Source: Candidatus Poribacteria bacterium
GTDB lineage: Bacteria; Poribacteria; WGA-4E; WGA-3G
Direction: 5' to 3'
NCBI GenBank assembly: GCA_965242965.1
Contig: OZ251518.1
Location: 4,160,001-4,224,000 of the forward strand
DNA: 64,000 bases
Position numbers and translations under genes: made by a program. Below the pieces are notes generated by a model, which ran no database searches, was not told the DNA's origin, and worked only from the letters and a program-made list of their open reading frames with translations. Numbering within the stretch: position 1 is the first letter of the stretch; every line of letters starts with the position of its first letter. Of the stretch, positions 30,900 to 41,399 are shown piece after piece.

Positions 30900-31245
30900 G
30901 TAGGAGAGACCTCCTGGTCTCGATGCAATACCGGTAGGCGAGCCCTCCTGGTCTCGATACGATGGCGAGGGACAGGCCCTCGCCCTACGGTGAGGGACAG
31001 GCGTTTTTTTCACCGTAGCGCGGGGGCCTGTCCCCCGTGATCGTTGGAGTGCGCGAGGCATGGCGAGGGAAACCCTCTCGCATGCGCGTGTGGCATGCGA
31101 GGGCCCAAGCCCTACGGTGAGGGGGAGGCGGCCTCGACACCCGTAGCGCGGGGGCCTGTCCCCCGCGATCGTTGGAGTGCGCAAGACATGGCGAGGGAAA
31201 CCCTCTCGCATGCGCGTGTGGCATGCGAGGGCCCAAGCCCTACGG
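30900..31245. repeat. REP mosaic
   Basis: Includes two GGCGAGGGAAACCCTCTCGCATGCGCGTGTGGCATGCGAGGGCCCAAGCCCTAC units. Confidence 0.85.
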
Positions 31246-31345
31246 TAATTCCGGATATATCGTATATTGACTTTCAAATCCATTCATGCTAAATTGCAAA
31301 TATCTTTCTTTCAATTTAGCATTATTCAATAACAAGGAGAACCTT

Positions 31346-32104
31346 ATGAGCGATAGAATTCCCATCGCCTTACAGTTGTATTCGATCCGAGAAGATTGCG
31401 CCCGCGACCTGTCGCACTGCCTGCAGGCAGTCGCACAGATGGGATATGAGGGTGTCGAATTCGCTGGTTACTACGACAGAACAGCGGAAGAATTGCGTGG
31501 CATGTGCGATGACTTGGGCTTAAAAGTCGTCGGAACGCACACGCAACTCAGCACGCTCCTCGGCGATGAACTGCCCAAGACGGTGACGTTCAACCAGACC
31601 CTCGGTAACCCGTATCTCATCGTGCCGGGGTTGCCTGAACCGTATCGTAACTCGCGGCAGGCGTGGCTGGACACGGCGAAACTCTTCAACGAAATCGCCG
31701 AAAACATCGCCGACCAGGGTATGTTCACCGGCTACCATAACCACGCCGTTGAATTTGCGCCGATGGACGGCGAATTGCCGTGGGACACCTTTTTCGGTAA
31801 TACCCGCGACGATGTCGTCATGCAGATTGACACCGGCAACGCGCTCCACGGTGGTGCAGCGAGCGTGCCGTTTCTTGAACGCTACCCCGGCCGCGCCAAA
31901 CTGGTGCATCTCAAAGAGTATTCGTCCACGAACGACAAGGCACTCATCGGCGAAGGCGACGTGCCGTGGGACGATGTCTTCCACACCTGCGAAACCATCG
32001 GCGGCACCGAATGGTATATCGTTGAGCAGGAAAGTTACGCCTACTCGCCAATCGAATGCGTGGAACGATGCATCGAAAATCTACGAAAGATGGGGAAAAT
32101 CTAG
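31346..32104 (+). CDS. Sugar phosphate isomerase/epimerase (xylose isomerase-like TIM barrel)
   Basis: LQLYSIR, GYEGVEFAG, GYHNH..EF, QIDTG, HLKE, IVEQE. Confidence 0.9.
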   Translation: MSDRIPIALQLYSIREDCARDLSHCLQAVAQMGYEGVEFAGYYDRTAEELRGMCDDLGLKVVGTHTQLSTLLGDELPKTVTFNQTLGNPYLIVPGLPEPYRNSRQAWLDTAKLFNEIAENIADQGMFTGYHNHAVEFAPMDGELPWDTFFGNTRDDVVMQIDTGNALHGGAASVPFLERYPGRAKLVHLKEYSSTNDKALIGEGDVPWDDVFHTCETIGGTEWYIVEQESYAYSPIECVERCIENLRKMGKI

Positions 32105-32106
32105 GT

Positions 32107-32811
32107 TTGCATGCAGCCGAAACCTCACTTTTGCTCTGGTGGGAAGATTTCTACCGTCCCGTTTTTGAGTATATCCTCCCCAAAATGGGAACGTTGGAGG
32201 GCAAAAAGGTGCTGGAATTAGGCACTGGGACAGGCGGCACGGCGACGCTGCTTGCCAAACGCGGCGCAACCGTCGTCGGCATCGATTTACTGCCTTTTCG
32301 CCTCGACGAAGCGAAGAGGCGCGCGGCGCAACACAACGTCGCCGACGCGGTTGACTTCGCGCGCATGGACGCAACGCAACTCGCCTTCCCAGACAACACC
32401 TTCGATTTCGTCATCTCCAAATCGGTGCTTGTGTTCACCGAGCACGCGCAAACCGCGAGCGAATGCTACCGCGTCCTCAAACCGAGCGGGAAGGCGATTT
32501 TCATCGAGAATATGCGCAAACACCCGGCAGTATGGCTCTATCGGAAGCTGTTCTTAAAATATTCCGGCAAGTTGCACTACTTCTCACTGCGCGACATTGC
32601 GGCAGTCGGTGCTGAATTTGAGGAGATGGAGCATCGAGAGTTCCATCTCCTCGCCTTGGGCGCGCTCCTCTGGCAACGCGGTATTTCTATCCCGGCGTTT
32701 TACCGTTGGACACTTCGGTATCTGAAAGGCGTTGACGCGCTTCTCTTGCGGCTCTTTCCTTTCCTCAAGCAATTCTGTTGGATTACGGCGATGATTTGCG
32801 AGAAACGGTGA
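32107..32811 (+). CDS. Class I SAM-dependent methyltransferase
   Basis: VLELGTGTG, GIDL, DATQLAFPDNTFD, RVLKPSG. Start codon uncertain. Confidence 0.85.
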   Translation: MHAAETSLLLWWEDFYRPVFEYILPKMGTLEGKKVLELGTGTGGTATLLAKRGATVVGIDLLPFRLDEAKRRAAQHNVADAVDFARMDATQLAFPDNTFDFVISKSVLVFTEHAQTASECYRVLKPSGKAIFIENMRKHPAVWLYRKLFLKYSGKLHYFSLRDIAAVGAEFEEMEHREFHLLALGALLWQRGISIPAFYRWTLRYLKGVDALLLRLFPFLKQFCWITAMICEKR

Positions 32812-32963
32812 GGAAAAATATGGCCGGGGATAGCCCCCGGCCATGTTTTTTTATGGGTGGCAAGGCGAGGGGAACTCGCTCGCATGCGCGTGTGGCATCC
32901 GAGGGCCCAAGCCCTACGGAGAGGACAGCCCCCGGCCTCTGTTCCAAGAACGGGAGGGTTCTC

Positions 32964-33803
32964 CTACCGCTTCTTGAGGTTACCCCATGTGGTAGCGAGT
33001 TTGCCCTGTGCTTCAACAGCAACAACCGCGCCACCTGCCAGGTCGCGCACTTCATCTTCGCTTAAGGCGCGGTCCCAGAAATAGACCTCATCGATCATCC
33101 CATCAATCCAGATGTCGTTGCCTTCATCGCCGCCGCGGGCCCTGCCGACTCCGAGTTCAATCGGTTCGTTGGGGAACGAAAGAAGTGGCGGCGTAATTGC
33201 TCTCGGATGCTCTTGCCCACTTTCAGGGACGATAGTGTCCCCACCGGTAGCCGAGGAGGTCACGTAGGCTTTCGCCTCGGTGCCATCGACGACATAGGCG
33301 ACGTGCGCCCATTCTTCAGCCGCGTAAACCCCATCGGTGCGGAACCACCCTTCGGTGCCTTCCCAGCAGCTCCCCCAGGTCATGTCGGTATCGGTGACGG
33401 TGCAAATGCGCACCATGAAATTCGCGCCCCATCCGACTTTTTCTCCCTTGAAAAGCACGCCGCCGTGGTCCCGGCCGCCGCCCTCGCGGATGTAAAGCCA
33501 CAATGAGATGGAGAAAACGCCATCGTCTTGCTCAAGACTCGCGTCAGATGGAATTTCAACGTATTGCCCGGTGTTCTCGCCGGTGGCGGGATTCTCCGGG
33601 TTTTCAAGGTTGAGTGCCATCCCGGACTGCCCAGCGGCGACGCTGGCACCGTTCATCAACTCACCATCGTTACCGCCGATGGAATCGCTAGCGGTGCCAT
33701 CGTCAAAGTTCCATACAGAGACGAGGCCATCTTCCAAACCGGCGTAACTATTGACAGTGAAAACCGTGAGCGTTAAAAACGCAAAGAGACATAATTGCTT
33801 CAC
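32964..33803 (-). CDS. Secreted LamG-like jellyroll protein
   Basis: Signal peptide; LVSVWNFDDG, WAHVAYV, GMIDEVYFWDRALS; C-terminus VEAQGKLATTWGNLK. Confidence 0.9.
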   Translation of the reverse strand: MKQLCLFAFLTLTVFTVNSYAGLEDGLVSVWNFDDGTASDSIGGNDGELMNGASVAAGQSGMALNLENPENPATGENTGQYVEIPSDASLEQDDGVFSISLWLYIREGGGRDHGGVLFKGEKVGWGANFMVRICTVTDTDMTWGSCWEGTEGWFRTDGVYAAEEWAHVAYVVDGTEAKAYVTSSATGGDTIVPESGQEHPRAITPPLLSFPNEPIELGVGRARGGDEGNDIWIDGMIDEVYFWDRALSEDEVRDLAGGAVVAVEAQGKLATTWGNLKKR

Positions 33804-33957
33804 AATAAAAACTCCTTATTTTGTGGAACGCGGCGGTAGGCGCAGTTTGAAACAGCCCCTACCGGGCCGCGAACGTAAACGTAGCGGGTTCGTGACGTAA
33901 TTTCACAATTCCGCGTTGAATAAACGGAAGGCGACGGTGCGCGCCGCCTCCGTAAAC

Positions 33958-34782
33958 TTAGCGACGGTGGTAGGATTTCATCTTCCCCCATGTCGTCGCT
34001 AATTTCCCTTCGGCTTTGACGGCCAGAGCCCTATCCGGTCGTGTGCCGTTCGCCAGGTCCTGCACCTCGTCCTCAGACAACGCCCGATCCCAGATGATGA
34101 TCTCGTCAATCATGCCATCGAGGAAGGTATCGTTCCCAGCGTTGCCGCCAATCTGCCGACCTGCACCGATTTCTAGGGGACGATCCTTGAAAAGGTTGTA
34201 AGGTTCAGGCGCGACTTGTGGATTCGCTTGGCCGCTGGCGGGAATGTTGATTTTGCCGCCATCTTCCTGAACATAAGCGATGGCTTCCTCACCGTCCGCC
34301 GTTTGACAGACATGATACCACTCCTCGGCATCAATAACACCATCAGTCCGCATCCAGTTTTCGGTACCACCATTGGTTGTGCCGAAGGTCATGTCGGTAT
34401 TATTAAGCGTGAGGAGTCGGAAGGTGAAATTAGCCCCCCATCCAACTTTTTCGCCTTTCCAAACGCCGGCGTGGTCTGCACCGTTTCGGACGTAAAGCCA
34501 ATACGATACGGTATGCGGTCCTTCAATGGCGTTTTCAAGCCCGGCGTTGAAAGGCACCTCGGCACGCGTATCTTTGCTTCCATCTACGTCCAACGCCTTG
34601 CCAAACCTGCCTTTATCAACGACCTTGGCGGCTTTGAAGAGTTCGCCGTGGGCATCACCGATGGCATCGGTGACTTTTCCATCGTCAAACGTCCACGCGG
34701 CGATGACTCCATCGTTCAGGTCTGCCTGCACAGAACCAATCGCCAGCGCAACGACGAAAATGACTGAAATAAGAAATTTCAT
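33958..34782 (-). CDS. Secreted LamG-like jellyroll protein (tandem paralog of 32964-33803)
   Basis: Shares KGEKVGWGANF and DGMIDE..WDRALSEDEV with its neighbour; C-terminus VKAEGKLATTWGKMK. Confidence 0.9.
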   Translation of the reverse strand: MKFLISVIFVVALAIGSVQADLNDGVIAAWTFDDGKVTDAIGDAHGELFKAAKVVDKGRFGKALDVDGSKDTRAEVPFNAGLENAIEGPHTVSYWLYVRNGADHAGVWKGEKVGWGANFTFRLLTLNNTDMTFGTTNGGTENWMRTDGVIDAEEWYHVCQTADGEEAIAYVQEDGGKINIPASGQANPQVAPEPYNLFKDRPLEIGAGRQIGGNAGNDTFLDGMIDEIIIWDRALSEDEVQDLANGTRPDRALAVKAEGKLATTWGKMKSYHRR

Positions 34783-34864
34783 TTAATAAACCTCCTCTAG
34801 TTGAGAGAGTGGACAGAGAGACAAACCTCCGTCCAATAAATTTGTAGGGTGATAGGCCTCGGAA

Positions 34865-35092
34865 GAGACCTGGTGCAACGAAAGTAGCCCGCGACGCAGC
34901 GGCGTGCGTCCGGGCACGAAGACAGTTCAACGGGAAATCCCGATGCTGCCTTACAACGTAAGAGATTAACGGACGTAAAGTGAAGGGGGGGGTCGATTCT
35001 GCCTAGCCGATTGTTAAAACAACCGTCAGCACGTGAGCGCGCGAAAGGGCTGCGCGCTACGCCGCCCGGATGCGCGTGACAACTTCTGGTCT
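34865..35092. ncRNA. Candidate structured RNA motif, copy B (homologous to 293-528)
   Basis: Same ordered blocks as copy A; hairpins GCCCGCGACGCA/TGCGTCCGGGC, CGGG/CCCG, CTTAC/GTAAG, AGCGCGC/GCGCGCT. Confidence 0.7.
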
Positions 35093-35196
35093 TTTCGTCT
35101 CTGAAATTGATACGTGCGTTTCGCATGTCCATCACCTTACAGTTCCGTTCTGCTCCATAGATAGAAATTGTAGGTTTAATCCCACTTTTGTCATTA

Positions 35197-35225
35197 AATA
35201 TACATAAATTTTAATTTTTTGTCAA
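35197..35225 (-). promoter_or_regulatory. sigma70 promoter for the LamG pair
   Basis: TTGACA(35220-35225)-17-TATATT(35197-35202). Confidence 0.6.
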
Positions 35226-35336
35226 CTTTTTTTGTCAAAAAAAATCCCGAACGCAACAGAGCCCGATAGGAAAACCCGGCGGGTTGCCTTCTCCAAATTT
35301 CGCTTGCCCTATTTTTCATATCATGCTAAATTAACA

Positions 35337-36430
35337 GCGGGTGTTTCATAATTCGTTCAACGTCGCGGTGACAGGCCCCTGCTACGGTAACACCTAAGAA
35401 ATCGTTCCCTTTAACGTAGGGCGAGGGCCTGTCCCTCGCCACGTATCAAGTTTTCCTTCTATACCGTAGGGCGAGGGCCTGTCCCTCGCCATGCACAGGT
35501 CTGAGCAGCAAACATCCGGGGTCTCTGGGTTGCAGGCGTTTTTCGCCGAGGTCGGCAGATCGCGGGGGACAGGCCCCCGCGCTACGGAAAAAAACGGCGT
35601 GCGTTACCGTAGGGCGAGGGCCTGTCCCTCGCCGTGCCTAAGGTCCTTTAGGTCCTTAATGTCTATAGATGAGCGGGATTAACGGCACCCTAAGGTCCTT
35701 TAGGTCCTTAATATGATTTTTCATGTCTTGTCTCCCGCACATTAAGGTCCTAACGGACCTTGAAAAGTTTGGCAGACCGGGGTTGCTATAGACATGCAGG
35801 ACCTAAAGGACCTGAAGAGGCATCCATTGCAAAAAAAGAATGCTCGTTGCGCGGGAGATAATCCTGGAAATCGTGTGAATCTTGTGAATCCTGCTTCAGA
35901 CGATTAAGATCGCGGGGGACAGGCCCCCGCGCTACGGTAACACCTAAGAAATCGCCCCCGGGCACCGTAGGGCGAGGGCCTGTCCCTCGCCGTGCCTAAG
36001 GTCTGTAAGACCTTAATGTCTATAGCATCTGCATCGCACAGCATCCTAAGGTCCTTTAGGTCCTTAATATGATTTTTCACGTCTTGTCTCCCGCACATTA
36101 AGGTCCTAACGGACCTTGAAAAGTTTGGCAGACCGGGGTTGCTATAGACATGCAGGTCTTAAAAGACCTGAAGAGGCATCGATTGCAAAAAGAGTGCTCG
36201 TTGCGCGGGAGATAATCCTGGAAATCGTGTAAATCTTGGAAATCCTGCTTCAGACACTTAAGAGCGCGGGGGACAGGTAATTTGTCTCGTCTCTGTAGTT
36301 CAGGATCGCCTGATCCTGACCCGTTCGGGAGCGGGCGCTCCCGAACTACAGCGGTGGGCCCGATGCCTTCCGGTATTCGCCCGCTCCCCAAGGGGGAATA
36401 AATACCGAAACGGAGTTATGAAACACCCTC
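35337..36430. mobile_element. Large MITE-like element (1094 bp) with internal duplication
   Basis: TIR GCGGGTGTTTCATAA / TTATGAAACACCCTC; perfect 9-bp TSD AAATTAACA; internal block ~35635-35900 is repeated at ~35993-36257. Confidence 0.85.
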
Positions 36431-36474
36431 AAATTAACAACACTAGCATTTCAAAAAAAAAGAAGGATTTATTC

Positions 36475-38718
36475 GTGCAGATTACCCAACAATACGCCAC
36501 CAACCTAGCCGCGCGCCTTCGTTGCGCTTTTTGCACGTCCCTCATCGCGCTCATCTTCCTCGTGGTGTCGGGATGCGATGAGAAACAGCCGCCCGCACCG
36601 GTGCCGGAAGTCGCCGAAGTCGCTACCCCTGTCGAATTTCCAAAACCTCGCGTCGCGGATTGGCACATGTTTATGCATGATTTAGACTTTTCCGGTGTTA
36701 GCGCGGATAAGACGCTCACGCCGCCGCTCCAGTTGCTATGGCAATTCAAAACCGGCGGCCCACTTCACGCTTCACCCGTAGTCGCAAACGGCGTTCTTTA
36801 CATCGGCTCAACCGACGGCAAATTGTATGCACTGAATGCCAAGGCGTGGGACATCAAATGGGTTTTCGACGCAGGCAGTGCCATCCGTTATGCCGCGACT
36901 GTGTTGGGAAACCGAGTCTATTTCAGCGCAAGGAATAACAGAGTTTACGCGCTCAACGCCGAGACAGGCGAGTCGGTGTGGGAGTTCAAATCCACGAATT
37001 GGATGGACGCGCCGCCGATTGTCGTCGATGGGAAACTCTATATCGGCGCGTTTCCGTCAAAAATTTATCAATTGAACGCGATGACCGGCACGCTTGAAGC
37101 GACGCGCGAACGCACCGTCAGGATTCGCGGGATTGAATACGGCTGCGCGAACGGCGTATTCCGTCCGGTCTCCCCACTCTACAATGCAAAGTTGTGGCGA
37201 GCCCAGACAGCGGGAAGCAACAGCTATCCTATCATCGCGAACGGGTTCGTCTATATCGGCGCGCGCGATGGGCATATCTACGCGTTTGACGAAACATCGA
37301 AAACGGAAACGTGGGCATATCAGACGCGCGGTTTTATTGACGCGGCACCCGCTATCGCCGAAGGCATCCTCTACGCCACCTCCGGTGATGGGACAGTTTA
37401 CGCCTTCGGAAACGCCTCGTCTCATCCTGCAGACGCGCCTGCCAGTCCCACGCGCGCGGTCGGCATCGTCACGCACGATAACGCCGCTGTTTACGTCAAT
37501 AGGGGCGCGACGACAGAAAAACCGGCAGAGAAACCACTCCTGCACCTCAACGACAACGTTGCGCTGCCGATTCTGCAATTCGCCGATGGATGGTATGAAG
37601 TTGAACTGCCGAACGGCGAACGCGGCTGGATGGATACCCTCGCCTTCGGAGAGTTTGAAGAGACAGAAGGCGTGCTGTTTAACACAAACTTCTGCGGCAA
37701 GCGGCGGACATTACAACTCGTTGAAGGCGCAGAATACCCGCGCTGGAGCCCCGATGGCGAACTCATCGCGATGCTGAAAAGAACCGAACTCCGCGGCAGA
37801 TACTGGCAGGCGAGTGAACTGCTCATCATGGACAAAGAGGCGAAACGGGTGCGCAAACTTTATACAGCAAACTCGCAGGCTTCCCAGAGTGCCATTTACA
37901 ACCCGCATCTCTCCTGGTCCCTCGATAGTCGCCTCTTGGCGTTTGAAGTGGACGAAAAGACTGAACGTTACGTTTACACCATAGATTGGAAACTCGGCAG
38001 GGTTAAAAAGTTAGTCCGAGGCGACGCTCCCGCCTGGTCCCCCACGTCAAACCGCCTCGTGTTTCGGCGGCGCGATAAAGGGTTGGATGTCATCTACCGC
38101 ATCAACAGCGATGGAAGTGCGATGCAGGCGATTGCGCGTGTGCCAGTTGAACCGCGGAAGCGCGCTTACACCTATCTCCCCGCGCCAACTTGGGCACCCG
38201 ATGGGACGCGCGTGGCGTTTGGTGTCCACAATCAGAAATATGTCGGCATCCGCATCCAAGGCGCAAACGGGAAACGTTTGAAGGAGATACCGACGCAGCA
38301 TCAGCACGTCGCGCACATCAACTGGGCGGCAGATGGAACGCAACTCGCCTATGTGTTATCCGGTAGCAACCGTCCGGGGCAACTCCTTGATAAGCAACTC
38401 CACCTCGCCGATGCGATCTCCACGTCAACCCAGACGCAGATTTTGAGGCACACATCGCCAACTTGGGCACCGACAGGGAAGCGGCTATCGTATTTAGAAC
38501 GCGAGGATTGCGAGGGGCTCCGCTGGAAACTCTGGATTTACGACGCTGAAACCGGGCGCAAATTCCCGATTGCCCGAACGCAACTGAAGGTGACATCTGT
38601 CGTCTGGATGCCAGATGGAAAGCATCTCTGCCTGTGGCACACGTCAGATTACCTCCGCGATAACGCCTATAAACCGGCGATAACGAAGGGGTGGATTGTG
38701 CCCATTGAGATACCTTGA
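36475..38718 (+). CDS. Lipoprotein with PQQ-like (BamB) propeller, SH3-like and TolB/PD40 repeats
   Basis: Lipobox VSGC; SPVVANGVLYIGSTDG repeats; GWYEVELPNGERGW; PRWSPDG / PAWSP repeats. GTG start after AAGGA. Confidence 0.85.
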   Translation: MQITQQYATNLAARLRCAFCTSLIALIFLVVSGCDEKQPPAPVPEVAEVATPVEFPKPRVADWHMFMHDLDFSGVSADKTLTPPLQLLWQFKTGGPLHASPVVANGVLYIGSTDGKLYALNAKAWDIKWVFDAGSAIRYAATVLGNRVYFSARNNRVYALNAETGESVWEFKSTNWMDAPPIVVDGKLYIGAFPSKIYQLNAMTGTLEATRERTVRIRGIEYGCANGVFRPVSPLYNAKLWRAQTAGSNSYPIIANGFVYIGARDGHIYAFDETSKTETWAYQTRGFIDAAPAIAEGILYATSGDGTVYAFGNASSHPADAPASPTRAVGIVTHDNAAVYVNRGATTEKPAEKPLLHLNDNVALPILQFADGWYEVELPNGERGWMDTLAFGEFEETEGVLFNTNFCGKRRTLQLVEGAEYPRWSPDGELIAMLKRTELRGRYWQASELLIMDKEAKRVRKLYTANSQASQSAIYNPHLSWSLDSRLLAFEVDEKTERYVYTIDWKLGRVKKLVRGDAPAWSPTSNRLVFRRRDKGLDVIYRINSDGSAMQAIARVPVEPRKRAYTYLPAPTWAPDGTRVAFGVHNQKYVGIRIQGANGKRLKEIPTQHQHVAHINWAADGTQLAYVLSGSNRPGQLLDKQLHLADAISTSTQTQILRHTSPTWAPTGKRLSYLEREDCEGLRWKLWIYDAETGRKFPIARTQLKVTSVVWMPDGKHLCLWHTSDYLRDNAYKPAITKGWIVPIEIP

Positions 38719-38729
38719 AAAAAATAATC

Positions 38730-39133
38730 AAGGGGGTTTCATATTTCGATGCAATACCGTAGGAGAGCCCTCCCTGTCTCGATGTTCCCGTAGCGCGGGG
38801 GCCTGTCCCCCGCGAGCGTTGGCGTGCGCGAGGCATGGCGAGGGACAGGCCCTCGCCCTACGGTAAGGGGGAGGCGTTTTTTTCGTCGTAGCGCGGGGGC
38901 CTGTCCCCCGCGAGCGTTGGCGTGCGCGAGGCATGGCGAGGGACAGGCCAACGCCCTCCGGTGAGGGGGAGGCGTTTTTTTCGTCGTAGCGCGGGGGCCT
39001 GTCCCCCGCGGGCGTTGGCGTGCGCGAGGCATGGCGAGGGACAGGCCCTCGCCCTCCGGTAAGGGGGAGGCGTTTTTTTCGTCGTAGCGCGGAGCCTGTC
39101 ACCACGACGTTGAGCGAGTTATGAAACATCCTC
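38730..39133. mobile_element. MITE-like element with REP tandem cargo
   Basis: TIR AAGGGGGTTTCATA / TTATGAAACATCCTC; perfect 8-bp TSD AAATAATC. Confidence 0.85.
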
Positions 39134-39180
39134 AAATAATCCCATTCCTTTAAAGCAATGTTTAAAGAAGGATACCAAGC

Positions 39181-40620
39181 ATGAAACCCAACATCCTCTG
39201 GCTCTGTAGTGACCAGCAGCGATTTGATACACTCGGCTGCTACGGAAACCCGTTCGTGCAAACGCCGAATCTAGACAGGTTGGCGGCAGAAGGCGTGCTT
39301 TTTGAAAACGCCTACTCGCAAAGCCCGGTCTGCACGCCGAGCCGCGCTAGTTTCCTCACGGGTAGATACCCGCGCACCACTCGATGCCGACAAAACGGAC
39401 AGGCAATCCCGCCTGATGAAGTGCTCGTCACAAAACTGCTCTGCGATGCAGGATACGTTTGCGGCTTGGCAGGCAAACTCCACCTCGCGCCTTGCAATCC
39501 GAGCGTCTGTCAAGGCACAGAAAAACGCATTGATGACGGCTATGCTCAGTTCTCCTGGTCGCACGACCCGAGCGATGTCTGGTTTGCGCACGATTATCAA
39601 CAGTGGCTGCGCGATAAAGGGCTCCAGCGAGGAAGCAAGCCGTTCGCCGATTCACAATACGTCCAAGTGATTCCATCGGAAGAGCACAGCCAGACGACGT
39701 GGAGTATTGAGCGCGCGATGTCGTTCATCAGGAGGGCCAGTAACTTTGAGCAACCGTGGCTATTTTCGGTGAACATGTTCGACCCGCACCACGCGTTCGA
39801 CCCGCCAGTCGCCGCCCTTGAACGCTATCGCGAGATACTCGACGACATTCCACTACCGAACTACGTCGAAGGCGAATTGGAAAACAAACCGATTTGGCAG
39901 CAGACCGACCACGGTGGCGCGTATGGCAAAAGAGCCGGGTATCCTTACAAGGCCATGACTCGGGCAGACCATCGCTGGGTGCGCGCCGCCTACTGGGCGA
40001 TGATTGACGTAATCGATACGCAAATCGGCAGACTGCTTGACTTCTTGGAGGAGACAGGGCAGCGCGAAAACACCATCGTCATTTTCACGTCCGACCACGG
40101 TGAAATGCTCGGGGACCACGGTATCTATCTGAAGGGCCCTTATTTCTACGAACCCGCTATCCGAGTGCCGCTGATTATCTCAGGTCCGGGTATGTTGAAC
40201 AACGGTTCGCGTTCGGATGCGCTCGTCGAATTAGTCGATCTGGCACCGACGCTGCTGGCGGCATCCGACTTGGAACGTCACCCCGGCATGCAGGGGCAAA
40301 GCCTCCTCCCGATGCTGACAGGCGATGTCCCCTTGGATGCGCATCGCGACGATGTCTATTGTGAATACTACAACGCGATGGGATGGCACAGAGAGCCTGT
40401 CGCGCACGCAACGATGGTGCGGGACAAACGGTATAAGTTAGTCGCCGCGCACGGCACAAACGGCGGTGAACTCTATGATTTGGAAACGGATGCACAGGAG
40501 ACGCGCAACCTCTGGCACGATGCCGATTATAGCGGCGTTCGGCTGGCAATGCAGGAACGGCTCATCGATCGGATGGCGTGGACGGTGGATCCGCTGCCAG
40601 AACGCCAGGCACCGTGGTAG
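39181..40620 (+). CDS. Sulfatase (formylglycine-dependent, Cys type)
   Basis: KPNIL..SDQQR, CTPSRASFLTG, GKLH, PHH, SDHGEMLG. Confidence 0.95.
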   Translation: MKPNILWLCSDQQRFDTLGCYGNPFVQTPNLDRLAAEGVLFENAYSQSPVCTPSRASFLTGRYPRTTRCRQNGQAIPPDEVLVTKLLCDAGYVCGLAGKLHLAPCNPSVCQGTEKRIDDGYAQFSWSHDPSDVWFAHDYQQWLRDKGLQRGSKPFADSQYVQVIPSEEHSQTTWSIERAMSFIRRASNFEQPWLFSVNMFDPHHAFDPPVAALERYREILDDIPLPNYVEGELENKPIWQQTDHGGAYGKRAGYPYKAMTRADHRWVRAAYWAMIDVIDTQIGRLLDFLEETGQRENTIVIFTSDHGEMLGDHGIYLKGPYFYEPAIRVPLIISGPGMLNNGSRSDALVELVDLAPTLLAASDLERHPGMQGQSLLPMLTGDVPLDAHRDDVYCEYYNAMGWHREPVAHATMVRDKRYKLVAAHGTNGGELYDLETDAQETRNLWHDADYSGVRLAMQERLIDRMAWTVDPLPERQAPW

Positions 40621-40634
40621 AAATGCGTGTTCCC

Positions 40635-41052
40635 CGTAGCGCGGGGGCCTGTCCCCCGCGAGCTCTAGCGTCCTCAATTTTCACCGTAGCGCGGGGGCCT
40701 GTCCTTCGCCATCGTCCGCGCGCCAGGTCCTGTAGGTCAGGATCGCCTGATCCTGACTCGTTTGTGATCAGGCGATCACAAACTACAGAGAGGGAGAACA
40801 AAAAAACGTCTCTTGTTCTCTTAGGTCCTTTAGGACCTAAAAACATAACTTGACGATGGACAAAGCGAGGGACAGGCCCTCGCCCTACGGTGAAAGGGGG
40901 GTTTTCCTCCGCCGAGGTTCCGGTAGGAGAGACCTCCCGGTCTCGATTTTTAAATATATCGGGACAGGGATGTCCCTCCTACCGAAGACATATCGGGACA
41001 AGGATGTCCCGCCTACTGAAAGACATATCGGGACAAGGATGTCCCTCCTACT
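40635..41052. repeat. REP mosaic
   Basis: Several REP classes; three ATCGGGACA(A/G)GGATGTCCCnCCTAC copies. Confidence 0.85.
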
Positions 41053-41061
41053 GAAGCACGC

Positions 41062-41295
41062 CTATGCCGTTGATGCAACCGGCGCGCTGTGGAAACGTGA
41101 AAATTCTTTTCGGGCAAGCAACTCCTGATTCGTCTGGAGACTCGCCTCGTGAAACTGATACTCGTTTTTACCGAGTCGGTAATAACACCGGAGATGCCCG
41201 GCATCAACCGCCTGTTTGAGAGCGGCGGCGGAAATGCCGAGCATCCGCGCGGCTTCCATGAGATTATATTCTACCGTCAATGCACGTATTCTCAT
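41062..41295 (-). CDS. Small excisionase/MerR-like HTH DNA-binding protein
   Basis: YNLMEAARMLGISAAALKQAVDAGHL..Y.F pattern; RBS AAAGGAG. Confidence 0.7.
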   Translation of the reverse strand: MRIRALTVEYNLMEAARMLGISAAALKQAVDAGHLRCYYRLGKNEYQFHEASLQTNQELLARKEFSRFHSAPVASTA

Positions 41296-41399
41296 ACTAT
41301 CTCCTTTTACAAAAATTAACGCAAAAAGGAGACGGAGGGTTTCATATTAGCATCTTAGAAAAAATACGCATCTCAATCTGCCTGTGCTGCTGCATCGCA

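Noticed and set aside
36418-36474. MKHPQ N-terminal extensions (also 18343-18375) and the REP-derived extensions of hisB, LarA and the MTase
   Set aside because: The upstream start codons come from the MITE TIR or REP sequence; better starts lie downstream, mostly RBS-supported.
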